The translations under genes and the position numbers were made by a program. From the NCBI RefSeq assembly GCF_001194135.2, contig NC_068998.1, positions 17,396,746-17,460,745 of the forward strand: DNA of 64,000 nucleotides, read 5' to 3'. Source of the DNA: Octopus bimaculoides (lineage: Eukaryota). This document shows positions 13,098 to 25,058 of the stretch, piece by piece. The notes under the pieces were generated by a model. That model was not told the DNA's origin. It ran no database searches and worked only from the letters and a program-made list of their open reading frames with translations. Numbering within the stretch: the stretch's first letter is position 1; each line of letters opens with the position of its first letter.

Positions 13098-13844
13098 CAA
13101 GAAAAGTGTCATCTTTAAAAAGTTGAAAAGTGCTCATATGATGTATTTTGGAGCATTTCAGTTAGGTAGAACCCACCAAGCTATTGTGTTAAGAAAATTT
13201 GAAGTCCATATGGCAAGCAAACGAAACATTAATTCTACCATGTTGCTGTTACTAGTTGTTCCCCTATGCAGTGTCTAATTATATAAACTGTAAATGGCAT
13301 TATATAAGAATTGGGAGTTTTAGTCATGAATACAATGAAGTTTTGGTGACTGGATATAAACTATCAAAATTTATCCTGATTGCCAGCTAAAATATCTACT
13401 CACCCCATTCAGATATGTTTTGTCTTTATAGGCTTTGACTGCATAGACCTTCTTTTTTTTTTAATCACAGTTTGAATGGGTTAATGAATTTGAATTACTT
13501 CACTAGAATTGCTTTACAACATACAATTTTATTGAAGAATCAAGGTTGAACATTTAGTGTTTGCAGATATTTAATTTTGATATACTTTTTGAAGTATTCC
13601 TAATATAAAGTCTTTTATTATAGTCTTGACTAATGTATTAGGCTTCTATTTTGTGTTGTGCATCATGGAGGTAATAGATTAAAAGATATTACAAGATAAC
13701 TTGAGTCCTATATAAGTTCAGTTTTCTCAAACAAGATTTATCAAGATATATTTTGTGTATGTATGTAAAATTACCTGTTCTTTAATACTTTTGATTAAAT
13801 GTTTAAAGTAGTGTTTTTTTTTTTTCATAAAGATTTGTAAAGAA

Positions 13845-13911
13845 TTTTTTCTTTCTATTCTAGGTAAGTGTAAAGAAAGATCTTTTATAAATTCAGCTTC
13901 TAAAGGTAATA
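13845..13911 (+). other. Candidate recursive splice site with 42-nt RS-exon
   Basis: ttttttctttctattctAG|GTAAGT at 13863/13864, and a second donor AAG|gtaata after 13905. Confidence 0.5.
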
Positions 13912-16408
13912 TTTGATTTTTCTATTCAAAACTATGATTTATTTTGAAATTAAATTTATCATTAGTTAATAACAGCCTATTTTTATATATATATATTTTA
14001 AGTCATACTTTCTGCTAAGGAGTGTAAAGTTAATAGAACAGTTATCTTAAAGTATTTAGTTTCAATTCTGTATGTTTTAAGTTTAAATCTTGTTAGAGTA
14101 GACCTTTCTTTCGACACTTAGGTGTTACTATAAAATTGTATTACAGTGGAGCTTATTCAATTTGCTGGGGGTCTTCTTTTCTCTCTTGTGTAAAAAAAAT
14201 TAAGTGGAGTTTTTTTATTAACCAAAATAGATTAAATGTAAGTTTAAAATTATTTTCATAATACTTCAGCTTATTGCTAACTGCTGAACCTGTTTATTAC
14301 TAAAGTTTTATTTTGAATCATTGGAAGTAGTATTTTATTGTTTAATAAACAATACAGAATAGAACAGTTATTTTGATTGTTTTGTATTTTCAGTCCCTCA
14401 TCTTTTGATAAGTTTAAGATTATATTCATCTTCAGATTATATCAATTTTCAGCTGTTATTTCACCTCAGGTCATCTCTGATTTGTTGTCAGGTCAGGATG
14501 GAAACCTGCCACTAGTAACCATGTAATTCAGTACTAGATATTCATTGTTGAATGGTTGGCAACTAAACTCAAGTACCCAGCATAATTAAAAAAGCAAAAC
14601 TTGTCAAAGGCAGATGAATTTCTTGAGAACCAACAACATTCATCTCTTGGGGAGGAGATAGATGGGTACTATGAGGATTATTTTGCTCAGCGAAATAATT
14701 GGATGAAATATTTAATTCTATACTGAACCAGTTAGGGCCAAGATTGATGATAGCCACATAAAACCTAAGAGGATGGAAAAGGGGTTGGTTGAAAATTTCA
14801 GGTATCCCAACAGCATTCCTGATTGAGCAGATCTATGATTAAAGGCTCCATATCTTGAACCATCTTGATCCTTTTTCTGTTTAGGACTTTACTGTCTGAT
14901 GTATCCTTCTTCAAGATGTCAGTATTTGATTTCAGGGATATTTCAGTTCCTGTCATTGACCTTTTTGGCAGTGTTGTTATGTAAGTAATACACAATTCAA
15001 AATATCTTGTTTTTGTGTGATGGGAGGTTTTACAACACTTGATAAGATTTGAAATGATTATTAGTGGTTAAAAACCACTCTACTAGGAAGTTGTTAATTC
15101 AGTATACAATCTTAACATAAAATTATTGAGGGATTCAACCATTCCTCTAAAAGAATAATGAATTTACCAGAAAAATATTGGGCTGGAATTTGCTGAAGAA
15201 TATTGTTAAATGTTTATTATTTGCAGGATGAAATTTACCAAAATGCAGATGATTTATAGAGCTTTAGATGCACAACAAACCTAGAGCAAAGATTGACTTT
15301 TATCAAGTTGCAGTCTATCTAAGTAGAATTAGATGATATTGACAGTAGAGAAGTGTTAAAAGAAATACAATGAAGTTTTGGTTTTTGTCAAGATGCAACT
15401 CCACCGTCAGTTATATTTTCTTGAAGAACAGACAGTTTTACTTTGTTGATTTACAAAACACTTTTGATAGGCTTCTAATTTCTGCAATCTAGTCATAATG
15501 GAGATAACTAGGTATGGAAAAGAGCTATCTTGTAGGGAAACCATAATCTATACACAAGTAAATCATGATCAGCAGGAATGTGCAAGACATTTTAAGAGTT
15601 CACTAACTCTCAGATAAATCTCTAGAAGTTTTTTCTCTCCTTAAAGCTGTTCTTGTAAAAAATAGGATTGTGAACCATAAAAATACTGTGTAGAAATGAT
15701 CTAAGAAAGAATTTTATTTTATCTATACCTTTTAATACAGGTTTTACTCAATTTGTAAGAGTTACATCCTATTGAATAGCTCACAATAGTATCTGTATTT
15801 TATTGAGCCTGGAGAAATGGAAAACAAAATTTAATTGCAGAAGCAATTTTAGCTGGAATTAATGCAGTACCAAACTAAATAATGTAAAATGTGTCCAAAG
15901 AGGAATATCATTTAAGGAATCTTGGATAGTAAATATATTTATAAATCTCTTTATACTGGACAGTTCTAACAAGTATTTTAGTGATTTTTACTAACCATTT
16001 TAAACTCACAGGAAGAGTTGAGTTGTTATTGTTTAGCCTCGAAATAGACTTTGGTTGAGCATGTCTATGATCAAAAGCATTCTGGGTATGACTCTCCCAA
16101 ATTTTTCAGGTCTAATATACCTTAAATAGCACTATTCAGTTTGTCCTTTCTTAAGATGTTAGGAAATAATTTAAGTGCAATTTGATTGTTTTTTCTAGTC
16201 AATTAAGCAACCACATTGTTGCTCCCTTGTTTAGGAGTTGAGTGATTTAATCAGTAGAATAAAGTTTTATAAACTTGTTGACCTTTAAGCACACTGCATT
16301 TTCTCTAGAATTGTTTCCCCTGTCACTGCCCTGTTACTACAGAGGAGAAAACTCATACAGTAACACGATGCACCTACAGTGTGCTAAAGGTTAAACCTAA
16401 AATTACAA

Positions 16409-17052
16409 TTACTTGTTACCTTTGCTGGCGACAGAGTTACTCTCTCTCTCTGAGTAGAGGACAGATTGGTTGATATTTGTGCCTAAAGTACAGTGCTGCA
16501 TGGTAGTGGAACACAGGCTTTGAATATGGAAGACATAGGAGGGTTGAAAAGAAATGAAGTGAGTATACTCTGCTGGATTAGTGTAAGTGTGCATGAACAA
16601 ATGAGTTGAGAAAAATTGTACATAAGTGAAATCAGATATTGTGTGCAAAAAGTAAAGTTGTTATATGAGCTTGCAATGCATAAAATTGTTTAATGCTCTA
16701 CACGGACAAAAGAAGGCTGAAAAAAACATGGAAAGAATTTAAGACCAGTGTTAGGAAGATGTCAAAAAGCCATAAGTAGTGAAACAGTGTGATGGAAAAA
16801 AAACGTGTTGAATGGAGACAGCTTGGGTAGAGTAGTCTCTTTAGTCTTGCCTAGGACAAGACAACCTCTAGTGCCATGATAAAATGCACTGGTATTCTCT
16901 GTAAAGTAGTTGGCTATACGGAGGGAATCTAGCTGTAGAAACCATGTCAAAAATTAGATATATGAGTGAGATATAGTTCCTAACTCATTTACAAGGGTAA
17001 TGATTCCAAATAGACTATGATGATTCAGCTAACTCATGCCAGCATGGAAAAG
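16409..17052 (+). mobile_element. RTE-clade LINE 3' fragment (ORF2 C-terminus and 3' tail)
   Basis: Translation LLPLLATELLSL*VEDRL..ICA*STVLHGSGTQALNMEDIGGLKRNEVSILCWISVSVH matches the RTE pattern LLPLL...SLRVKGRLY.ACV..MLHGSETW...LERNE.SMLRW. It ends in the shared tail catgccagcatggaaa. Confidence 0.8.
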
Positions 17053-17139
17053 CAAAGAAATATAACCAGGAATAATTGTCTTTAATTTCATTAACAGAAT
17101 TAGATGAGCCAACAAAGGAGCTTGAACAAGTCAGTCAAA

Positions 17140-17305
17140 CTACTAGAAACAGCAAAATCTCCCTCAAATCAGTCTCCTGTCTTGAGAACTTAAGTATTGT
17201 CATTCAACATCCACTATGCTTGAAAATATGAGATTCTCATGACTAGAATACTTCTCATCATGGATCTACTAGATCGGGGCTGACCTGGGGTTAAACAACA
17301 ACAAA
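17140..17305 (+). mobile_element. Decayed copy of the 2605-type SINE-like repeat
   Basis: Contains ctagaaacagcaaaatctccctcaaatc and ggggctgacctggggttaaacaacaac. Confidence 0.6.
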
Positions 17306-17643
17306 CATCATATATGAAATTAACCTAGTTACTGATGAACATTTTTTTTACTCAATGCTTAATAATATGCTTTCATCTTATTTCTTATGATAAAACTAAT
17401 AATAATAATAATAATAATAATAAAAGTTCCTAAAGCATAAAATAGGAAGCGTCATTAAATAAACACCAGCTAATAATTTCTTCATAAATTCCCATGAATT
17501 TTTCATATGAATTGAACGTGTTTCAGAAGATGTATAATTTCACTACGCATATTGATTATTATATATTTTTTTAAAAAATATTTTCTTCATTTTTATTCCG
17601 ATAAATTAAACAATTTATTTAATTAAATTCTTGGAATAGCAGC

Positions 17644-17677
<34 letters not shown>

Positions 17678-17944
17678 TGGCAATAGTGAACACCTAAGAA
17701 TACTGTAGACTTTTTGAGAAGTGAATTGTTGAAGTTTAGCTTCAGTGGTTAAAATAAGTAGATTTTTATTCTGATGCATTAATTCAAAATGTGTTTGGCT
17801 GATTAGTTAAGGTATTTTTTGTCTTCTATTTTGTAATTTTAAAAGAATTCATTTTGAATTTAAGTTTTATTCCATTCTTTTGGAACACTACTTTATTTCC
17901 AAGTTCAATTTTAAGCTCTTGTTCTCATTCTTGCTGTCATTTTT

Positions 17945-18710
17945 CTCCTGTATCTGTCTTATTTTCTCTCTCACTCTCTCCTTTCCTCCTCTCTCTCACT
18001 ATCCCTCCTTTCCCTCCTCTCTCCCTTTCCCTCCTTTCCTCCTCTCTCCCTTTCTCTCCTTTCCTCCCCCTCTCTTTCTCTACTTTCCTCCTCTCTCTTT
18101 CTCTCCTCTCCTTTCCTCCTCTCTCTTTCTCTCCTCTCCTTTCCTCCTCTCCTTTCCTCCTCTCTTTTTCTCTCCTTTCCTTCTCCCTCCTTTCCTCCTC
18201 CCTCCTTTCCGTCTCCCTCCTTTCTTTCTCCTCTTCCTCCTCTCCTCCATCATCTCCCCTTCCTCTCCCTCTTCTTTCCTTTCTCTCCACACCTTTCTCG
18301 CTTTCTCCATGCCTCTCTCTCTCTCTCTCTCTCCATGCCTCTCTCTCTCTCTCTCTCTCTCTCCATGCCTCTCTCTCTCTCCATGCCTCTCTCTCTCTCC
18401 ATGCCTCTCTCTTTCTCCATGCCTCTCTCTCTCTCTCCATACCTTTCTCTCTCTCCATGCCTGTTTCTCTCTCTCTCTCTCTCTACTCCTTTCTCTTTTC
18501 CATCATTCTCTCCTTTTTCAACTTTCTCTTTTCCTCTTTCTCTCCTTTCTCTTTCTCCTCTTTCTCTCTTTTTCCCCTCTCTCTCTTTTTCCACTATCTC
18601 TTTCCACCTTTCCTTCCCTTTCTTCTCTCTTCCTCTTTCTCTCTCATCCTCTTTTTTCCTTCTCCCCCTCTCCTTCCTTTATATGCTTTCTTTCTGTTCT
18701 TCCCTCTCCG
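17945..18710. repeat. About 760-bp homopyrimidine/homopurine low-complexity tract with an internal CCATGCC(TC)n minisatellite
   Basis: The plus strand is almost only C and T. About 8 CCATRCC units separated by (CT)n runs lie at 18307-18461. Confidence 0.95.
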
Positions 18711-19654
18711 CATGAAATATTATTCTCTTTTCAGCTTATTTGTATGGCAAATGAATTTCTTACCTTGATACTTAAAGTTAGTACTCAGTAACTTTCTCCT
18801 TATTTTTTTCAAAGAACAAACAAAGAAACATAAATAATCCACCTGCAAGTTCAATTTGAAACCATTTTATGTTTTGAACACTTCATTAAGTAAATTAAAA
18901 TAATGCATAATTGAAGGTTGTTTATAGGAGAGTTTTTAAATTTCCTTTTCTCTCCTGTTAAACATTACCAAGCCATTTGCATTATATTTCATTTTAATTA
19001 AGACTGAGATTTAAAAAAAAAAGTATATTTCTCATCCCAATTAACTATTTTCTTCATAACTTTTTATCTTTCAGTAAATGTCTAAGAATTTAAATTATTG
19101 ATCATGGTCTTTTACACAACATGAAACTTTGTATTTCTAAGGTAGATTAAAATGTAATTTTTCTTAGGATATTAAGTGAAATAGGTCTTGGTTCTTTATA
19201 GCTATGTACTGGATTTAGTTCATTGAAAAATTATGCATCATTACCTGTAGAATTAATTAGAATTGATAAAAGGATTTTAATGTAGACTTTTGGGGAAAGT
19301 AGAATTTTTGTTTTTTTTAAATGACATGGTTTTTAACAATTAATCCTTTATAATTTCTTGGGTAGGAGGTTGGGCAGTCCCATTAGAATTTTTCAGGTCT
19401 AAGATAAGTTAAATCGGTAAAAAAAGTCAATATTTTTCTTTAGCTTCTTTCATTGCAAAACTAAAAATGGAACATTTATCATTGTCAATTTTCTTCCGAA
19501 TAAAATATAATGCTGTCTGAAAATTTGTTGTCTTTTTGTATTAAATGACCCTCAAGAATTTTTGTGATTTGGTGTTAAACTTTTACATATGTGGATAGGA
19601 TATGAATTTAGATATTAATATATTGCACAAGTCAATGTTATTGAAGTTACAGAT

Positions 19655-19855
19655 TGGCTTGAAAATTTTACAGTTTCACTATTTGGTTGCTTTCAGAGTT
19701 ATGGTTCTTGTGTTCAGAATTAGAACGGAAGGTTTAAGTATTGCATTAACAGTTAAAGCAACTTAACCACTAATGCAATACTCAAAACTTCCTTTTAACC
19801 ACAGTTCTGAAAGCAATCAAACACAGTGAAACCCTGCAATTTTCTAACCAAGCCA
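19655..19855. mobile_element. Small fold-back (MITE-like) element with a central 66-nt hairpin
   Basis: Outer arms gtttcactatttggttgctttcagagttatggtt and aaccacagttctgaaagcaatcaaacacagtgaaac. Inner arms ggaaggtttaagtattgcatta and taatgcaatactcaaaacttcc are 20/22 complementary. Confidence 0.65.
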
Positions 19856-22800
19856 CATTATATAAATACACACACACACACACACACTACTAGCTCTTGC
19901 TGTTTTTCATTATGTTGTTATTTGTAAGTTTTCTCATTGGTTTGTCTAGTATGGTTGGTGATAGTTTAGTGTTATGCATTAAAGAGCATTTCAATAGTTT
20001 ACATATCTGTAACAAAAGTTTCAAAGACATTTTAATATAGTTATAGCAACATTGACCTTGTTTGACAGCTTGTAATGCAGTAGACTTATTGAGTAGCTTG
20101 ATATCGAAAGGATTAGAAGACAAACTAGTAAGATTATCTATTATTACATAAAAATACAAGCTTGTCATCATCTTTCATTTTGTCTTTATAAAGGGCTTTT
20201 AACTCCATAATAGTGAAATATAAAAATCAAAGAGTTAAACTGTTTTTTTTTTTTTTACGTCTATTTCTTTTACTCTTTTATTTCCAACCTGCATTGTGCT
20301 GGTTTTCTAAACAATTTTGATAATTTATTTTTAAATGTCTCTATTAGAATGAAATGTTTCTAAGACAAATTGTATTGTACCCTAGTACTGAAGTAGTTCT
20401 TTATAGAAAAGGATTTTTTTTTCTCCTAATATGGAAATGAAATATAGGTAGAATAAATATAAATTATCAAATTTATCACAATTTTGTACCTATTTTGTCA
20501 TTTCACACAAAATACTTTTACATAGATGACAATTGTTTATCAAAATTGTTTAAATTATATGTAATTAGAGTTGTAAGGTGAAAAAGTTTGCTTTTAAGAA
20601 ATGAAAATAATTTAAGTTATTTGATTACACATCTAAAATTCAGTTACTTTTCAATTAAACTAAGTGTGCATGTTAAAGGAAATTTAAATATTGTATTGTA
20701 TATTAGACTAACTTATTTAAACTTTTCCACTTTTGTTTCTCTAATGTTAGGCTATAAAACTAGAATAAATAATTTCTGTAAACTTGAAGACCAAACATTT
20801 TGTATATTTAATGTTTCTTAGCCTCAGCTCATCCCATATTGGACAGCCACATGAAATTTATTCCAGTTATGATCATCTGTCTTTTTAGGGTTATCTAGAA
20901 TATTATTAGAGATGTCCTTTGCATATGGAATTTGTCTGCTATTTCTTGCTGATTAAGTGATCACTTAGTCACACATATTATAGGATTCTTGAATCAAATT
21001 TTTCACTCATTGATTGTATATATTACATTTAAAACAAAAGTATAACATTTTATTTGAAGACCCTGGCTGCATTTGCTTATGTATCTATCATTCAGTAAAT
21101 TTGAATCAGTTGCCTGTTTCAAAAATATCTTTTGTTAGTTTTGTCTGACTAGTAGTAATTTTAAACTTGTCATGTTTCTTTTAAAAGGTTTTATGTATAT
21201 TGTAATTACTGATATTAAAAAGTTATTTATTTATTTATTTGCAGATGTTTTTCACTTTATGTTTACGTTTCATGACAAGCAATTAAGCTTTGTACAAGAT
21301 AGTAATTGGCAAACATCCTAATTAAAATGCTTTCAACATCTACTGATTATTTTACTTCTCTAGTGTTTTTAATGTCTGGTCAGTGTCACATAATAACAGG
21401 AGTAAGTGATAAGAATGAAAAAATATATTTATCACAAGTTGTAGGGTCTGATTACTTATTTTCATTTATATGCTGTCAATTATGTTTTCTTTGTTAAAAA
21501 GAAAACACTAAAGGAATTTAGGTAACATTGGGATAATGGAGGTCACTCTTATTCTTTACCAAACATTTTATATGGTAATGATTGAAATAGTTATATAGTG
21601 TTATAACTTTTCAAAAAAAAATTATTTGTCTAAGAAAAGTAGTGTCCATAGTGCTTGAATCCTTCCCAAGACTGGTAAGTTTGTTCAGCTTATGCAGGTC
21701 AACATTTGGGAGGCAGTATGTAGGCTGTGTTTTGAGTAGGCTTTTAAAGGATGGTATTTAGTGGGTCAGAGAAAGGGTTTAGTTAAGGGTAGCACATATC
21801 CAGAAAAATTTAATGGTGCAAATATTGTTGTGGTTGTTGTATGTTGAATTTCTCTGCCTTCTGTCATAAAAAAAGTAGGTTCCACAATATTTATTTGGTG
21901 GCTGCACCATTTCAGATACCCAAACAGTGCTTTTAGTACAGATGATGCACTTGTCTCTTTGGAATAATAAAGCTGAATTTATTTCTTAAAATTTGAAAAA
22001 TCTCTCTGTTAGTGAGCAATGAGATTAATTGTGTTTGAGAATGCAGTGAATGTAATTTTAGGAAAGAATCTTTGATTTTCTCTGCTTTTAAATCTTGCAT
22101 TTAAGTTTGTCTATTCTTTCTGATCACTTATTGGTCTCCATTGACCTCTTAATCTCTAAATCTTACTTTCATGCTATATTTATAATTTGATAATGTGACA
22201 GTTGTAACAACTAGATCTGATCTCTAAGAAGCATTATTTTGATAGCTAGCATATATCCAGAGGCAAAGGTTTAATGTAATAATCAGAAGTAATGTAAAGC
22301 AGTGTCCTTGTTCTTTGAATTAATTGATGGTTGTGGTACTTTAACGAACTGCAAAAGTACTGATGAACTGTACTCTATCAGTGATTTGACATAGATTTCA
22401 ATAAAATGCTAATTTTTTTTCCCCCATTAGTTTTCTTTTAACTAAAGAAAAAATCTATTAACTCAGTTAGCTTAATTCAATTTAAAGAAACTGTTTTGTC
22501 ATTTGTTATTCAAGTTTTTGTGAACTATTCTGGTGACATATTATTGTAAACTTGAGCTACATCACGGTCTAATCTGCTGTTTTATTCAAATGATGTACTT
22601 TAATGCAAAACAAATACAGTTCAATATAATACATTGTACTGGTTTACAGAAGTTATTCTATGCCAGCAAAAATAAATAGTTAAAGAAAATAGTCATCTGT
22701 ATAAGGCTTGTTTTAGTTTTCCCTGTATATTCCACATTCCCTTCTATACATTGATAACCTATCTGTATACATCTTTTATGTAGATGAAATAGCCTTTCAC

Positions 22801-24810
22801 TTGTTTTGCAGACAGTCTGTTGCCTGCTTTGACATCACTGCCACCTGCTTTTAGGTGTCTTTAATAAAGTATATTCTGCTGCCATCTTTCAGAATATCTC
22901 CAATTTAAGGATACCTTCTTTCTATCTCCCATCAATCTCACAGGCTTCATAATGTGTTATTGGCACTGCCTTTCCTCCCAGTAAAAAAGATTAAAAAAAA
23001 ACATTTACAACCTAAATAACTGGTGCCAAACATACACCACCTTCCATATACAGAAGAGACCTTGAAAACTTCATTCAGGAAATGCTAATCTAGTTTCCTT
23101 CAACAACACCATGATGCAATCATTTCACAATTCAAAGAAGCAATGTTACAGTACCATGCATTCTGCACTCTTGAACAGTACACAGTTAAATATTCACTGT
23201 GATTATAAATGGTAAGCTTTAAAATCTCCAGTCACATATCTGTAACATTGTGAAAACAGTATCCCAAAAGTTCAGACTCTTCAAGGCCATAAAATGCTTC
23301 AGCCTTTATCTTTCACCAAGTATCTACAAAGAGCAAATGCTAACCATATTAGAGTACTATTTACATATTTAATATGCTGCTATTTGTGCACAGACAAGTA
23401 TATTAGGCTACATTAAAAAAAAAAACAATAATACCAAAGGCTTTTATGTAGTCCACAAATGCTCTTTCTTCTTGCTATCTCTTTTACGATTACTATAGTG
23501 GCTTCTGCACACTGCCTCTAACAAAGTACTCCCAGTGCATAACCCTCTTCTCTCTTTGACATCTCTACTCTGTGTTTCTCCTTAAATTCTGCACTGAACA
23601 TTATGTTACTCAGAATTTCAGATGTCTGGAACACCTTTCTTGCACATAATTTCCCCACATTAATATAGGCAACCCAAAAACCGCTCACTAATTTGAGAGT
23701 GTCTGCAAAGGTCATGAGTTCTAACTCGATGACGATGATGGTAATAATAATAATAAAACTTTACAAAGATTGGTACTTACCATAATAGTTAGTATTTGTT
23801 ATTTCCTTTGCCACTTGTTGCAAAAGCCATTCAGTGATTACAAATTTTCTGCTTTTGCAGCACAGGGAGAAGCAGACAGAACTAGGCACAGAAGGTGACT
23901 GCCATTATTACTACCAGCACCAGCACCAGCACCACTATTTAGAAATAAAAATGTCAATGATTTTAGCATTTTATTTGTTTTTTGTTTAAAATAGAAAGAT
24001 AGTTTGTTAGGTTATTTTTTAAAACTTAACTATAATAGTTGTATTTTTCATACTGATATAAAGAAAAATTTTGGAATTTGGTATTGATCCAAGAACAAAT
24101 ATGGTTTTTGAAACTTTTAAGTATTAGAAATGATAAGAACTATAGTATATAAAAATCTTAATTCTAAAGTTTGATCCCTTTTATATTTTCCATTTTTCTT
24201 ATTTCTTTTCTTATTACACATTCTTTTCTCTTTCCTTTTATAGATCATATGGCTTTTTGTGAGAGTAGTTGTTTTTATCTGAATGCTAACTAATCAAGTG
24301 TAAAAAAGAAGTGGTACTGTCACTTAGGCAAACTGGAACAAACAAAGGTAAGGGAAGACAAATGTTTTTAGTTGGAGTTATGAACTCTTTTTCAACAGGA
24401 AGTTTAAAAACATTTGTCTCCCCTTACACACACTTCCTGTTTTGACAGCACACTTCCTGCTTAACACAAACTTTTAACTCCTTTTTTTTAAACCTAACAC
24501 AACTCTCAATTCTCATGCATCCTTATTTTTCCAATCATTATATACATGAATTACCATTGAACTTCAAAAGCTCAAAGACAATATAATGTATTGGTATATT
24601 TATTTTTTTATATATTATTTTCTTTATTTTTGTACTTCTTTGTAAAAAACATTTTCATTCTCCCTCTTCTTGAAAATTTGCTTCGCAATGAAAGCCGGTT
24701 AGAGAAATCTTTATTAAAATATGCTTCCAGTTTAGCATTCTGCCTTATTCTTATTTTTCATTTTCCTATTATTTCTCCGTGTGGTTAACACAACCCCACT
24801 ATTTACTGAC

Positions 24811-24846
<36 letters not shown>

Positions 24847-25058
24847 TTGTGTGTCTGTGTTTGTCCCCCCACCATCGCTTGACAACCGATGGTGGTGTGT
24901 TTACGTCCCCGTAACTTAGTGGTTCGGCTAAAGAGACCGATAGAATAAGTACTACACTTTCAAAGAATAAGCCCTGGGGTCGATTTGCTCGACTAAAGGT
25001 GGTGCTCCAGCATGGCCGCAGTCAAATGACTGAAACAAGTAAAAGAGTTAAAGAGTAA
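24811..25058 (+). mobile_element. 3' half of the Octopus-type SINE (head missing), apparently young
   Basis: Starts at (TA)n(TG)n and keeps many CpGs (accatcgcttgacaaccgatgg, ttacgtccccgtaac, ggtcgatttgctcgactaaagg) that have decayed in the 12708 copy. Confidence 0.92.

Noticed and set aside
14540-15000. Possible LINE relic (WMKY.NSILN)
   Set aside because: A single weak motif.
17854-18791. ORFs of about 300 aa rich in S/L/F/P or E/R/G
   Set aside because: They are translations of the pyrimidine tract and are open in several frames on both strands.
19620-19632. tattgcac, the miR-92-family seed
   Set aside because: No complementary arm and no further similarity to the mature miRNA.
21245-21301. 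57-nt open candidate exon (xVFHFMFTFHDKQLSFVQD)
   Set aside because: The acceptor tract is a (TTTA)n microsatellite, the donor is weak and the peptide is not recognised.
22760-23290. Possible minus-strand RTE relics (also 47480-47800, 55860-55990 and 59300-59650)
   Set aside because: The motifs are too eroded to call confidently.
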